64,000 nt of DNA from Takakia lepidozioides (Eukaryota > Plantae > Bryophyta): positions 31,930,001-31,994,000 of the forward strand of contig CM060734.1 of the NCBI GenBank assembly GCA_030704615.1. The letters are read 5' to 3'. Every line of letters starts with the position of its first letter. The stretch's first letter is position 1. Below are positions 13,861 to 27,595 of the stretch, in pieces. The notes beneath the pieces are model-generated. The model was not told the DNA's origin, ran no database searches, and was given only the letters and a program-made list of their open reading frames with translations. Position numbers and translations under genes: made by a program.

Positions 13861-14819
13861 GTAATTTCTTTAGGGTGGAATTGCTGCGCCTTCAATGCTA
13901 CCATTGTGGTGTGTTGATTTGATCCTTTCTTGGCACTATAAGTTAAAGTTGTTGCAAATGTAGTTTGTGTCATTTGTGCTTGACATTGAAGATTTCATAT
14001 GGTGTTATTTTTTGTGGCTTTGCTTGATTGGGCGATAATTAATTCAAAATGAAAGTGCCTAATCAATTCTGTGAATTTTTCAGATTTTGGCCTAATTGTT
14101 GGGAAATTATGGGACCAAAGTGCCTAATGCCCAAAAATTCCACCAAAAACTTGCAAGCCTCTTCTCCTGTTGTTTGTAATAAGATCAAAATTTCTTTGAA
14201 CAAAAATCAATACAAATATATGCGTCCGGAAATAACTAGCCCACCAGCCTACCACAACTCAAGAGTACCATTTCGTAAGAGGTTTCTCCATGCACCAGCA
14301 TACCAATATGAAAACCAGTGTACCCAATGTATCTAAGCCGTGAACCAGCGTGCCTACCCAATGACCAATGTACCAAAGCCCTGTACCAATGTGCTTACAC
14401 TAGTGTGGACTATCAATATTGAACTCACCTAAAGTGTGAGAGCGGAGGGAGAGATTGCCTGTACCAGCTTGAGCCTTGGAGCATTTGGAGCACTGAGTAC
14501 AACAAAGAGGGGCATTTTTAGGGTTTCAAAGGAAATGAAAGGTAGCTGGAGCCTGGAAGGGCCCCATGGGCATTGGGTGTCTATTTTGTAATTTTATTCT
14601 TAAGAAAATAAATCTTCTCATGTGCCTAATTCTGAAAAATTATAGCATGAAGATGCCAAATTTGAGAAATTGTTTTCAAAACATGCCTAATTTTCTGATT
14701 GATTGATTTTATTATTAGGCGCAAAAATGGCTAAATGGTTGTCCAAGGATGGTATTATCAGACTCAGATATATACCACTCAGATATATACCACTGGTATC
14801 ACTCAAGCATCTATACATA

Positions 14820-14985
14820 TATACACATATATATGTATGTGTGTCTCCTCCCGAAAAAGCGTAAATTATGGTGTCTCTTGACCCCCAGGACCAGTACCTC
14901 CCGATGGGAAGGTGGACACCTTTGCAACACCAATAGGTGCATTGAACCCACAACCACTTTCGAGGTGGTTTGTGCCCGTTATATA
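14820..14985 (-). mobile_element. Diverged copy of the same SINE-like family
   Basis: ATTGAACCCACAACCACTTTCGAGGTGG matches the hAT-internal module. GTGTCTCTTGACCCC matches 47140-47157 (reverse complement). Confidence 0.55.
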
Positions 14986-16859
14986 ACTTGGTTTTCACCT
15001 AGTACTCATATGTATACCTAAATATAAATGTAAGTATTTTAGTTATACAAGATCAAGAAAAGAACACGTATATATTTTTAACAAGAAGGTCCCAGAGAGG
15101 TCAAATGTATTAAAATCGAGGAAAAAAAAACCTGTCGTGGAGGCTGAGAATGGGGACACTGCTAATATCTCGTTCATACCAGTCCAATATCTGAAATCGT
15201 GAAATGCACGTAATACCAGGACCGGCCATGTCTCAAATTTAGTCCATACTTCAACACCAGCCAAAATTTAGTCAAAATACTCCATACGTTTAGTCCATAG
15301 TCCATACATCTTATTTGTGGGGCGTGTTGTGGGGTCAGAAGCCCTTCCAGAAGCTAACAGTCTGCAAAATGCGTACCACATAACTTAGCTCTGCATGTGG
15401 GTACTTACCTGGGTAGCAGCCAGGGCCCAACAACTGCGTAGAGAAACGCATCCCTCGTCCCTACCACGGCTGCCTTGACGGACGCGTTGGAGCCTAGTCA
15501 GAGTGGAGCCTGCAGACGCAGACGCTTCCAAGCGGGCCATGCACCCTCCCCTCCTTGACTCCACCACCCTTCACACTATCCAAACTTTGTGCCTGCTTTT
15601 CACTTGTATCCAAGTAAATAAATTATTGCTACTTGAGTGGCGTTTGGGTTAGTACTTAGTTACGCTGTGACGGCTCACCTCATAACTACTTGTGTCAGCG
15701 GCCCTGTACGCTATGATTGCCAGCCCCCAGCACCACCCGTACGTCCTACATGGCAACACCTTATTGGACAGATCCCATTAACGTTACGAATGCCAGCCCC
15801 CAACACCACCCACACATCCTACATGGCCAAACCTGATTGGATAAAGCCTCAAAAAAGTTGGCCTGGTTGGTTATAACATTCAGGTTGCCCACAAATATTC
15901 TCTTCTTCCACTAACTTACTATTACCTTGTGAAACCTTTTAGTTTGTTGCCAGGTGCCCTGGATAGGGCATCTACCTGGATCCAGTTAAATCCTGTTTAA
16001 TTTCCTCCATGGTTACATAAGCTATTATATTTATTAAAAAATGTTATAGGAATTGATTAATGCATCTACCGTTTCTTGGAAAACACAATTTTCTCGGGAC
16101 TTGGTCGCCAGGTGACTCGAGTTGGCTTCATTCCCAATGGAAGCTTCTCTCTTACTAGAAACGTCCATCCATTCCTTGGCTCTCTCATGGTAGAGACTTG
16201 AGACCAACTACCTCTAAGTTAACTTATTACAAGCCCCCACACTGCCCTGTTGAAGAGGGTGATGAGTCCATGAATTTTTTTGAGGCGATCCATATCATCC
16301 ATTTCCGTTTCATCCATTTCAAGTATTAATACACATCGACTACATGCACGTCTATAGGCAGGCCAACGAACTCAATTAATGGGAGCAATGATATCACATC
16401 AAGCGCTGCCGTGTGCCATGAATGCCTTGTCGTGTAGGTAATTCCCGCTTAAACGTCTCACTTACTATGCTCACCACCAACCAAAATAACATCATGCCAC
16501 CCTCATACAGGGACCCCAATTGCTTTCTATAAAGGTGGAGCTGTGTGGGTCAGCTCAGGGCACATGTACACATGTGGATTTGAACCCAGGACAGAAGATG
16601 GATGTGTAATGAGAGTCTGATTACGAGACCGAGGATATGGGGTGTGGGGTCCGAGGATGAGGCCGCCCTCATTGATGGTGGATCGTCGCCACACAGTTGC
16701 CTTCATTTTCAACCACAGGAATCCACTTTTCATGTGGAAGGTTCTATCGCTGGGACTGCGGACTAAAGCGCGGGCTGGGATGGATGTCCCACAACCCGAC
16801 TACACATCCAAAATCCGATGATTGCAGGAACGAACAATTGGTTGGCCATCCTCTGAATG

Positions 16860-17360
16860 AGGGTGGAGGGGTTACCGACATTTTTGATCACATATTGGAT
16901 CATCATTTTCTTCCGGAAGTGAGAGTGATTTGCAATCCCCTGACCGAGGGGGGTAGCCGACATTTTCGATCCAATCTCCTCCGGAAGTGAGAATGATTTG
17001 TGATCCCCTGACTTGCGATCCCCTTACTGAGGGAGGGGTCGGCCGACATTTTCAATCACATTCTGGATCACAATTCTCCTCCAGAAGTGAGAATGATTTG
17101 CGATCCGGTTACTGAGGGAGGAGTCGGCCGACATTTTTCGATCACGTTCTGGATCACAATTCTCCTCCGGAAGTGAGAATGATTTGCGATACCCTTACTG
17201 GGGGAGGGGTCGGCCGACATTTTCGATCACGTTCTGGATCACAATTCTCCTCCGGAAGTGAGAATGATTTGCGATACCCTTACTGGGGGAGGGGTCGGCC
17301 GACATTTTCGATCATGTTCTCGATCACGATTCTCCTCCTCCAGAAGTGAGAGTGATTTGT
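16860..17360. repeat. Minisatellite, about 85-bp unit, 5-6 copies
   Basis: CC(G/A)GAAGTGAGA(A/G)TGATTTG recurs at about 16913, 16981, 17081, 17167, 17252 and 17340. Confidence 0.9.
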
Positions 17361-18641
17361 GGCGGTATAATATTAACCCACATTGCGGAGCATCTTTGTT
17401 TTGAGGTTTTCTTTGTCATTCCTTGGTTGTTGACCCATCCATCCATCCATCCATCCATCCATTCACTCCAAGAAGTGGAGCGGAACCGACAGTGTCGACG
17501 TCAGCAGGGGAAATATCGAGCATGGCGAGGCCTGCATCTTACGTGGCGGGATTTGAGTGGGCTACATCCGGGGGGGAGACAAGCGTATGGATAGAAATTG
17601 GGTGCCACGTGGTAACGGGCAAGGTTTGGCGGCAGGCGCTGCCAGCGGGGACAGCTGGCGTGCGGGCGCCGACGTCCAGCTTCTTCTTCTCGCGTCTGTC
17701 GCGTCTCTCGTTGGCAAGTGAGGGTTTTTTACAAGCAGGTAGGTACCTGCCTATTTTCTGTGACCGCCTGCCTGGCTGCTTCCTCTCTGAGCGCCTTCAT
17801 TACTGTTGTCTGCGGCCCCCAAGCTCGCCGTCGCTTTATGTGCTTATTTATGTAGGTTTTGCGGTGTCCATGTCTGCGTATGTAGGGTGTCAAGTGCTGC
17901 TTCTCATGGTTCTATCCTCGTCGCCTCGTTTATCTCTGTCTCCTCCTTCGTCGCGGCTGTCTGATCGCGACTCACGGTACTCACTACTTGCACTGTAATG
18001 AAACGACTGATTTGCGAATTTATGTTTTTTTCCCATATTTGAGGTCATTGTGCTGCTTAATCAAGCAGCCACGGCTTGGAGCCAGCCTTAGCACACTGCT
18101 ATTTTGTGCCAAGTAAAATTGGCTTTGAGGTACCAGCGAACTGAAAGTCTGTAGGGCAGTTGTGATATTGCGAAGTGTGGTTTGGGGGAGTCGGGTGAGG
18201 GCTAGACATACATACACCGTCCTTCCGAATCACTGGATAAGATAGAGTCTGCGCCGGGAAGTTTTTCAAGAAGGTTAGTTTACTGTTAAGAATCCGCGTG
18301 GGGAGGTTATTCCGTTTGTATTGACGGCATGAACACGAGGATTGGAGCGTCGATGTAGTGCACATTCACGCTGTGCTCGTCTCTCTATTTTCTTCAGGCT
18401 GCATGTAGCATAAGTTGTGCGGGTTGATGGTTCCCTTTGGCAATTGGAGGAGTTTACCGCCCTCGTCGAGGACCAATTCCCACCTGCTTCACGATAAAAA
18501 CTGCTACAGTGCAGCAGCAGAGGGGAGAGATTGATACATACATATATATATATATACTTATGTGCACGCACGACCAAGGGTTAAAGCGATTGGAGGACGG
18601 GAAAGGGGTGGCTCAGAAGTTGGAAGTTGTTCACAAGGAAG

Positions 18642-20036
18642 ATGGCAGCCAGGAGTATAATGGACACTCTGGATTTGTGCGACTCGGTTGGACTTCAAGG
18701 GGAGAGTACCAGCACAATCCAGACGTTAGGATGGCTCAGTCCCCGAATCTCATTTTCAACCAACTTTATAGATCGTGCTGCTGTGGCTGACGTTAAGGTG
18801 CTGGAGGAATGCGGAAAGGATGAGCAACGGAGTAGAGATTATGTAGGGGATTTCGAATTTTGTATGGCCGCATCACCAGTTGGCCCGGTGTCGGGTAAGT
18901 TTATGTTACATGCTGACGAGCTCTTTGACAAAGGCAAGCTTCTACCTCTCTATGTTCCTCCTCGGAACAATACAGAGTATTTTGATAGGCAGGTGAAGAC
19001 TCCTGCTAGCCTCTCCACGAAATTTTGTGCGGATATTTCTTCTCCGGCTACCGGGTGCGTTTCTCAAACAGGCACACCGAAATCTCAAAAGTGGAGAGAG
19101 ATATTTGGAGTGTTGCGGAGGGCCCGGTCTGATTGTGGAAGGATTCGTCCTCCTCAGGAAGACGCTTTACTCCCTCCTGCCCCACGATCTGCTGCTCAAC
19201 AAAACAAGCAACCTTTTTCCTCGAACTCTTTGCGGTTGATATTTAGAAGAAGTTCATCAAGGGAGCGAAAGAATGACGAGACGTCTTGTCGGCCCATTGT
19301 TCGCAGAGAGGCTAAAGTTGCCGCCTCTGCTGCTAGTTCCTCTGCCGTAACGTCTACTGCTTGCATTTCTACCTCCACTGATGCTTGCAGCTACCCCTCT
19401 GCGCATAAGTCCGTGTATGGTCATCCACTTGGTTCGACAGCAATACGTACTGCTGATAATGTATCTCGTGGTGCTTCGTTCGGTGGGATTAGGGACGAAA
19501 CTATGGAAGATCTATGGGAAAGATCGAACAGTTATAATATGCAGGCTGGTGTACGATCAAAGTGTATGGAGCGAGATGCCCAGAGAAAGCCAGAACTAGA
19601 AAGGAGCATGGGTAGCAATTTGAAAACCACGGGAGATGGCAGGGCTATCAGTGGTCATGGCCAGGGCACTCAGCTGTCGAACCCCAACAGGCTGGACGAA
19701 GTAGTCGCCGGAGGTACTGCTATGAGGACAACTGGGAACAACTGGGAAAGGTGCAGTATACCGTCTGGTAAGGGCGGGAAGGCACAAGAACCGCTTAGGG
19801 CATTGAGAACTAGGGAGATTCGACGAAGCCCAGAGAGGTTGAGCTCTTACTCTTCAAATGTGAGGGTTGCCCCTGTGCTCAATGTGCCCGTGTGTATTGG
19901 CCCTGGGATGCGGAGTTCAAAATCATCAAAGGGACGCCTTGCAAATCTGCGCTCCTTCTTGCCTTTTGGAAAGGTTGCAAAGTTGCCGGTGAATGCCTCC
20001 ATGATACCAACCAATAACTTCAGAGTAGCTGTGTGA
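18642..20036 (+). CDS. Single-exon plant protein of the SPRISFS/DFEF/ADELF..GKLLP/PVLNVP motif family (membrane-associated kinase regulator-like)
   Basis: 464-aa ORF from ATG 18642 with motifs LSPRISFS, DFEF, ADELFDKGKLLPL and VAPVLNVPVC, typical of this plant family. Confidence 0.8.
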   Translation: MAARSIMDTLDLCDSVGLQGESTSTIQTLGWLSPRISFSTNFIDRAAVADVKVLEECGKDEQRSRDYVGDFEFCMAASPVGPVSGKFMLHADELFDKGKLLPLYVPPRNNTEYFDRQVKTPASLSTKFCADISSPATGCVSQTGTPKSQKWREIFGVLRRARSDCGRIRPPQEDALLPPAPRSAAQQNKQPFSSNSLRLIFRRSSSRERKNDETSCRPIVRREAKVAASAASSSAVTSTACISTSTDACSYPSAHKSVYGHPLGSTAIRTADNVSRGASFGGIRDETMEDLWERSNSYNMQAGVRSKCMERDAQRKPELERSMGSNLKTTGDGRAISGHGQGTQLSNPNRLDEVVAGGTAMRTTGNNWERCSIPSGKGGKAQEPLRALRTREIRRSPERLSSYSSNVRVAPVLNVPVCIGPGMRSSKSSKGRLANLRSFLPFGKVAKLPVNASMIPTNNFRVAV

Positions 20037-21450
20037 CTCCTGGATTTGCGACATGTTCTTCTAATACTAACTCATTAGCATCACTTGGGAGCAAATACAA
20101 AGTCAGGAGACTAGTTTCCCCCCGAGTTGAAGATTGGATTTACATTATCCTGATCAGAAATCATGAATGTCTTATGCTTGTCGGGCAAGCAAACACCTTT
20201 GTACAGTAGTGTGCACTATCACTCGTTATAATCTTTAGCTAGTTTACATCGGAGCACAGTTGATGAAGCTCAGCGTATGACCCATTTTCGGGCTGCTGAG
20301 GTTTCTCGAGTTGAGAAGAAAATGCTTTCTCACACCCAGAAAGATACTTCGTGAGTTGGTTCATTTCACAGTATCTTGTGATGGAGATATTCACATCCAG
20401 GTGAAGTTTTGTAGGAAGTAATGACCTTTATATTTGTTTTGAAGTGTAGAGCTTGAGAGACTGCAGAAGCTATTAGATTTATTCTGTCTGCTCTGTTCTC
20501 CAGAACAAATTCTTCTGCTCCTAAGATGGTTTATTTCAGATGTACATTGTCACTTGCAGCTTCAATGATTTGGATCTGCTGTCTCTGTAAATGATGCTTG
20601 ATATCCCTTTCAATATAATGATTCCATACCTGCAACTCCACTCCACCATTTATTTTGACAGTGGCTGGAGGGAGGGAACTAATCACTGAACTTCCCAGTA
20701 TTGTGTTATGACACTTTCTGGCACACATCTGCTAGGCAGATTGCATGGTGAGCAGCAGTTCTAAATTCTGTGCCTTGGTTGGAAGGTGTAGACCATCCCT
20801 TACAAGGTTGTGAGTCATCATTCTCATTCACTACTTTGTGTCGGCCGGTTTTGTAAGTCATGTTTGGGCTTAGGATATATGTGTTGCCAGTATGAATGCG
20901 CTGCCACCTATGCCACCTATGATTGTGACCTATAAATCCTAAGGAAAGATGACACAGCTCCTGGCTCCCATGGTAATTTGGCGGTGCACAGCTAGTATCC
21001 TCCCAGAAAACTCCCCTAACATATCTCAAATTCTTATTGCAGCTGTCTGGAAAAAGTTGAACTCTGTATCCGCAAATTATCAATGGGTAATCCGCTTCCT
21101 GATGATATAACTGTTTTAATAGGTCCTCTCACCGATACTTGGTTATGGACAAAACATGGTACTCAAGTTGACAGTTATTGCAAGAATACAACCCCAAGGC
21201 AGGGAATACTACCAGTCAGCCTTCTTCAAGCCCGCAGCATTCCTACTCCCTGACCACAAGGTAGCTAAATCATCGCATCTGTTTCTTATATCTTTTTGAA
21301 AGAGATTTACAGTTGATACTACAGATGAGTCACCAAGTGGACCGGGATGACCATGACCCATATAGGCCTGCTGACATTCAAAATTATAGTATCAGGTGTA
21401 AAAATGAAACCAAACTCGATTGAGCTTCCAGCCAAAATGTACCGCGAAAC

Positions 21451-23719
21451 TTAGACATTCTGTGATGTGGGGAATGCCATGGCCACCCCCTGGAGATCCT
21501 TGTCCTTCCACTGTGAGGTGACCGTCTTGATCTGTGTGAAGAAATGCACCCCAGCCTTACCGTAGAAGTTCAAATCCCCGGCAAATGAAGCCCGGGATCC
21601 TGTGAAGGAAAAGAAGGGCAGGGGTACTGGAATTGGTGTATTTATACCCACTTGGCCCACGTCAATCTCATGCTGAAAGGTGCGCGCTGCTGCACCTGAT
21701 CTGGTGAAAATTGCTGTCCCATTTCCATACTTGTTGTTGTTCACTAGATCAATAGCTTCCTGTAGGCTGCTGGCTTGCATACAAAGAAGCACTGGCCCGA
21801 ATATCTCCTGCTTGTAGCACTCCATATCAGGCTTTACATCGGCCAAGATGGTGGGACCCACAAAATTCCCCTCCTCATATCCCGGCACCTGTGAATCAAG
21901 CACATTTGATGTGATGACAAGGCTGTGACAGACAACATGAGCAGGTAGGCAGCAACTTTGCTTGCATCTTGAGCTTTGCTCTTGTGACGTGAACTAACCT
22001 CTTGTCTAGAGAGACTCCCATTCTTATTCTATTAGTTCTCTGATAATGGTGCTCTTTGCAATAAAAGATCCTGCTGAGTACCTTCAACCTTAGCAAATAA
22101 AGGATCCACTCACGTCACGAAGCATAGAAAAGGATGGGGGTTTTGTAAGATTAGTAAAATAAACCCTGAAAATCAGCACCTGAAAGAAGTGAAAGACTGG
22201 AGGAGGAGAAACAGACAGAGATCCTGTGGATCACTTAGCAAACCTAATGCAAGTCTCATTACGGTAGGCTTCACTGAGACAGTTTCACTGACCTTAACAC
22301 CACGTCCATCAAGCACCAGCCTTGCACCATCCCTTGCACCACTCTCCACAAGATTACAAATGCGATCCTTTGCCTGCTTACTGATCACGGGCCCCAGATC
22401 TGCGCTGGGTTCTGTCCCCGCACTAACTCTTAGTTTGGCTGCCCTCTCCTTCAAACCTTCTTCCCAAGGCTTAGAATCCCCAACAAATACAGCAGTGGTG
22501 AGTGCCATGCACCGTTGTCCAGCTGCTCCAAATGCTGCTCCCACAAGTGCATTCATTGTTGCTTCAGGGTCTGCATCTGGCATTACAACAGCATGATTCT
22601 TTGCCCCCATGTTGCACTGAACACGTTTGCCTGTAGCTGAGGCCCTGGAGTAGATGTGCATGCCTGCTACATCTGAGCCCACAAAAGAGATGGCCCTTAT
22701 GTTAGGGTGGTCACAAATGTGGTTGACGATTTCATGCGTGCCGTGCACAATGTTGAGAACCCCTGGTGGCAAGCCTGCCTCAGTTGCCAACTCAGCCAGC
22801 AGCATTGCAGCGCCAGGATCTTTTTCAGAGGGCTTGAGGATAAAGGTGTTTCCGCATGTAATAGCCATGGGAAACATCCAAAGAGGAATCATGGCTGGGA
22901 AGTTGAAGGGGCAGATGCCTGCACACACCCCCAGAGGTTGCCGAATACTGAATGTGTCAATGCCTGCTGAGACATTTTCCACAAATTCTCCCATTTGCTG
23001 GTTCGCCATCCCACAAGCTTGCTCCACAACCTACACCCATTTCAAGTACTGAGTTTGCGCAGTCTACCGAGATCCAAGACTGCGCTTTCAATTTATGATC
23101 TGAAATTCCATTAATGAGCTACAATTACAGCTGCTATTCTATTTCACTGGAAGATTCTTACCTCTAGACCACGGAAAACATCACCTCGAGCATCCACAAG
23201 AGTCTTCCCCTGTTCCGTGGTCACATTCAAGGCCAATTTGTCCATGTCTCTCCGAATAAGCTCCTGCAGCTTGAGCATAATTCGCTGCCGGATTGTCACA
23301 GGGGTGTTTCTCCATTTCGGGAAAGCCTCCTTTGCAGCCTTCACCGCTGCCTCGAACTCCTCGGTCGTCGTTAGCGGAACCTTACACACAACCTCTTGCG
23401 TTGCTGGGTTGACAACATCAACGAATTCTGCTGCCTTAGAATAAAAAAACTCGCCACCCACGAACAGCTTCACCTTCGGGGCTGTGGGTGATGAGGTCAC
23501 AGCGGGATCGCTGTTGGCCGTGGCTACTCCGGCTGCGAAGTATCGGCAGAATGCGACTTCCGGAAGTTCTGGTTGCTTCTCAAGGTAAGTTCCATGGATA
23601 GGAGACCACGTACACGATTTGGGTGTCAAAGTTCCGGAGGAATTAAGAAAAGAAAGACCCGCTCGGGCGTAGATGCACGACCTGCTGGAGCGAAGCCTGC
23701 GGGACAATATCCCTAGCAT
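21451..23719 (-). CDS. ALDH6B2: Methylmalonate-semialdehyde dehydrogenase (acylating), mitochondrial; exons 23719-23162, 23030-22293, 21888-21451
   Basis: [33 protein letters not shown] (catalytic Cys), [23 protein letters not shown]. In-phase GT-AG junctions; N-terminal presequence-like region. Confidence 0.97.
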
Positions 23720-25041
23720 GCTTGCAGCTTTGGAAATACCTCTGACTCTGGTGAAAATTGGATTCGCGCGATGTCCCAGTGCTGACGAAGGGCAATTCCC
23801 AGTGCGTATGTCAAAGAGAGAGAGAGAGAGCGAGCGAGCTTACCTGTCTACTAGATTCCGATCAAAGCATCACAACACAAGGTAGAACTGTAGAACACCC
23901 GTGCATTAGTCCCTCCCGCTAGAGCTGTAGTAGGTGCAAAAGAATACTGTCAATTCCAACCAGCTCTCAGCGCCTACAGTGATCTCATAAAAAGCAAAGT
24001 CTTGCAGTTCTAGTGACAGAAACCCTGGTCCATTAGCCTCTCTAGGTACTTTTCCGGTGCTCTGTGAAATGTCCAAAGATCTTGTCAGAGTACCTGACAG
24101 CCTTACAGCCCGCAGCGAGGTGGGTGCCCTACAAACACAATGTGATGCACATTATGTAGTGCTTTCACGATCTGGGTATCTCTCTGCCTTGTTTGCTGGC
24201 AACGCTAATCTGCCCACTATTTCTGCTCGCTTGCGTGGCATCTGTCTCCATCCTTACCTCGCTACTTGAGCCCAACAAGGCCAGAACAGGGCTTAAGATT
24301 CATTCGGATTTCATAGCCTGGGCTAGAGATCCCAACATGCCCGTGTCCCTCTTCCTGTGAATAGTAATCTGAACCGGAATATTGTCCCATGCCAGACACT
24401 CTTTATCCCGGTCCGCATAATTCATCTCATATCAAAGACTTCATTCGTCTGCCCACCTCCGCAACGGGTTTAGGGTTTAGCGAAGAAAGCACACCTTTTT
24501 GGTGTCCTGCGATGCATGCGTCTACTCGCACAGCTTCTTGAAGTAACCATCGCTCCGTCACAGAAGCGATCGTCGTTCTGATTAGAGGTATGCGCGCCTG
24601 AAATACACAATTTCTCCTGTTTTTCTGTGAGCTTGTGTGTAATTATGCCTGGCTCTCCCTCTTACCATTTTCTGCCTGCACGAAGCGAGGAAGATTCAAA
24701 GCCCACATTAAGCTGGTGCATATGGATGATTGGTTCACTTTCACATGTAGTCAATCAGGAGAAGAACCAACCCAAGTAGAGAGATTGCTTGAAAAGGAAC
24801 GAGATGGGAGGGAAGGTGTGTTTGTTCACAAGCATGTGAAATGCTATCCACGCCTTGTGCAATTTTTTCGTTGCCAGTGGGTGCCGGATGGGTCTAAGCA
24901 TACATCTTTTGTAGTATTGGTATGAAGGGTTTCATCCTACCAACCGGCTTACCAGTGGAGAGTAACTTCTGAAATTGTTCCATTGTTCACATGTCAGCTG
25001 TTCAGATTCGGAGGGCGTAGATTGTGCTAGCACGGAAGAGG

Positions 25042-26460
25042 ATGGATCCCTTTGGGTCACCTTCACCCTCGGGGTCAGGGCAAGGGCCCTCCAATGAGGT
25101 GGTAATGAACCAAGTGAAACAACAGCTTGCACAAGCATATGCCGAGGAGTTCTTTTCGGTAGGCCTTCCATGCTTCACTCCTCTCTGGTTGTCTGTTGGT
25201 GAACGACATTAAATTGCTATCAATGTCAATCTCTCTGGCGCTTTTTGGATCCTTCATTCCATGTGTGGTGGGTTTTCTTCACCTCCCTCTACCCAATATA
25301 CAGGCCAAAAGTTAGGTCTTTGTAAACAAATCAGCTACTTGGGGGCCTTCAGTCTCCCGGGGAAGAATAGGACAGCATGCAGTATTGGTTGAGAAAGGTC
25401 CCACCTTGTTCTTCCATCCCTGTTTAAAGGCTTTTGTCATAGTAGTAAGGACCGTTTGGTTCAACTGCACTTCCGTAAACTTGATGTAGTTAAACTTCTT
25501 GAATTCCTCTCAAGAAGATTACCTGAGACATGAAAATTTCACCGTGGGTTTAACAAAGGGGATGGGAGGAGCAAGTGGATGCCTGTGTGAAGGTATGCTG
25601 TGCATTCCGTAATGCACTGTGGTGGAAAGAGTAGGACAGCAAATGTGTTGTGGTTAGATCATCCAAACGTTCTGGAACTTTTTCCAACCTATTTTTAACT
25701 GTCAACTCAAAATGGTGGTGACTGCCAGGTTGGACAATTCCTTCAGATAACTTAAGTAAGCTGAATAATCTGGAAAGATTTGCAACAACACCTTCCTTGG
25801 TAGGACATTGTGGCATTTGTGGTGCCCAAATTGACACGTTCATTTAAACAGTTGTGTACGCTGGATACAGATGTAGTTGCTCAAATCAGATATTCTTTAC
25901 CCACATGCACTGAGTCCAACCGGCCTTAAGCCCGGGATGTTACCTTTAGCACAATGCTTTTTGGGATTCTCCAATAGTAGCTGCGAGGAATTTCGATTCT
26001 TGACCTCTATTTCAATGGGCTAAAAGATCATAGTCTATCAATACTGTTTTTGACAATGCCTTTGCCAAATCAGTATATTAGGTGACCAGTCCAAGTGTAC
26101 TGTCATCACCGAGCTGCCAAAATGTGGTTCATTCGTGGTTATTAGATGAGGGTTGGTTACAGTTCCAGATTTGATCACTTTCTAGTGAGAAGTAGAGATT
26201 CAATGTGAAAAGATACAAAATGGGTGTTACCTCAAAGATATAGTAGCCTTGCTCCATAATCACATTGGATTATTGATCTCGAGGTTACAATTTTTTGTGA
26301 ATGGCAGATCGTCAGGGACAAATGTTTTACCAAATGTGTTACAAAACCCAGTAGCTCCATGAGCGGGGGGGAGAGTAGCTGCATCTCAAGGTGTGTGGAG
26401 CGTTACATTGAGGCCACTGGGGTTATTAGTCGTGCTGTGGTTTCAGCCCTTCCCCGATAG
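25042..26460 (+). CDS. TIM13: Mitochondrial small Tim chaperone Tim13; exons 25042-25158, 26308-26460
   Basis: MDPFGSPSPSG...VKQQLAQAYAEEFFS spliced to IVRDKCFTKCVTKPSSSMSGGESSCISRCVERYIEATGVISRAVVSALPR* (twin CX3C). Exon 2 is absent from the ORF track and was translated manually. Confidence 0.95.
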
Positions 26461-27595
26461 AGGTTAGACTTGGTGTTTTTCGTGTTTCTCCCACGGTGCA
26501 GTTTCGAGGGGATATATTTTAGTTACCCGATTTGAGGCGGTTTGAACAAGTGGTCTGACATGCAATTCTCGTCTACGTGCGAGAACATCTTCACACAGTT
26601 GTGGTTAACTCCATCATGGAAGTCCGTTGGTTTTCACTCTCTTGCAGTCGCTGACGTATGTTTCAATGAAAGAGAGCATATTTTGATATTGTGAAGGGTG
26701 GTACATTCATATCATTTTTGCCCCCCTTAATAAAGTGAAAGAGTCTTTTCAATTTTCATGTAGGATTTGTTTCTTAGTGTCTGTTTGGTGGGAAGTATGT
26801 GTTCTGATCATACATTGCTGACCCCCATAATGTCCTTGACTCCTATATCTGCTGTTGCTTGTCTCTGTACTTTCAAAGGTGTAGTGGAGCTTGCCTTATG
26901 ACCACATCAGTTATGCCTCCTTCCTGCCTCTCCTGGTGTCAAGGTGGTTTTGATCAAATACTTTGCAAGGACGTTTCTTGAGGAACAACTCAAGTGAGTT
27001 TGCCATCGACAACATAATCATACTCTTGAATGCCTAAAGCATTCACTTATCGAACAAATAGATCATTCCAAGCTCTACTCCACTTCAACAAAGAAAGGAG
27101 TTGTGAGGTAAGCGATGGCTGGAAGAGGAGGGAGATTCAACTTTTGGTTCTGTCATTAGGCAAGCTTTTCGGGACGTTTCAATTGGCAAAACCTGGTGAA
27201 AAGTACTGATGGAAAGATGGCGCAGGCCCTGTGTGTGATCCATATATATGATTCAAGAATACACTCAGCACAACATTATGAAACCTAGTTTGATAAACAA
27301 CAGCTTCGATTTTCCATCACAATTCCCGGAGCAGACCATTGTGCATATCAGCAGCCCACCGACAACGTTCTCACTCACCTCACGACCAGAATGGCAGGAC
27401 AGCTTCTATCTTGCAAGTTTTAGAAGGAAAGGAAAGGAAGTTTAACATGAAAAGAAATAAGCTGACGTTCGACGACGTTCTAGGATATTTCGTTCGTCAA
27501 CCGGTCGAGGCGTCTTGTCCACGGCACGACGAGCGAGAAAGAAGAGAGTCGGAGAGGATCGGAAGTACACACGCCTAGACACAGAGGGAGCAGCG

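Noticed and set aside
11674-13864. DP/NP-repeat ORFs
   Set aside because: Translation of hAT subterminal ACCCGG repeats.
17423-17998. 191-aa ORF
   Set aside because: Non-ATG start, crosses a (CCAT)n microsatellite and promoter/5' UTR-like sequence, no homology cues.
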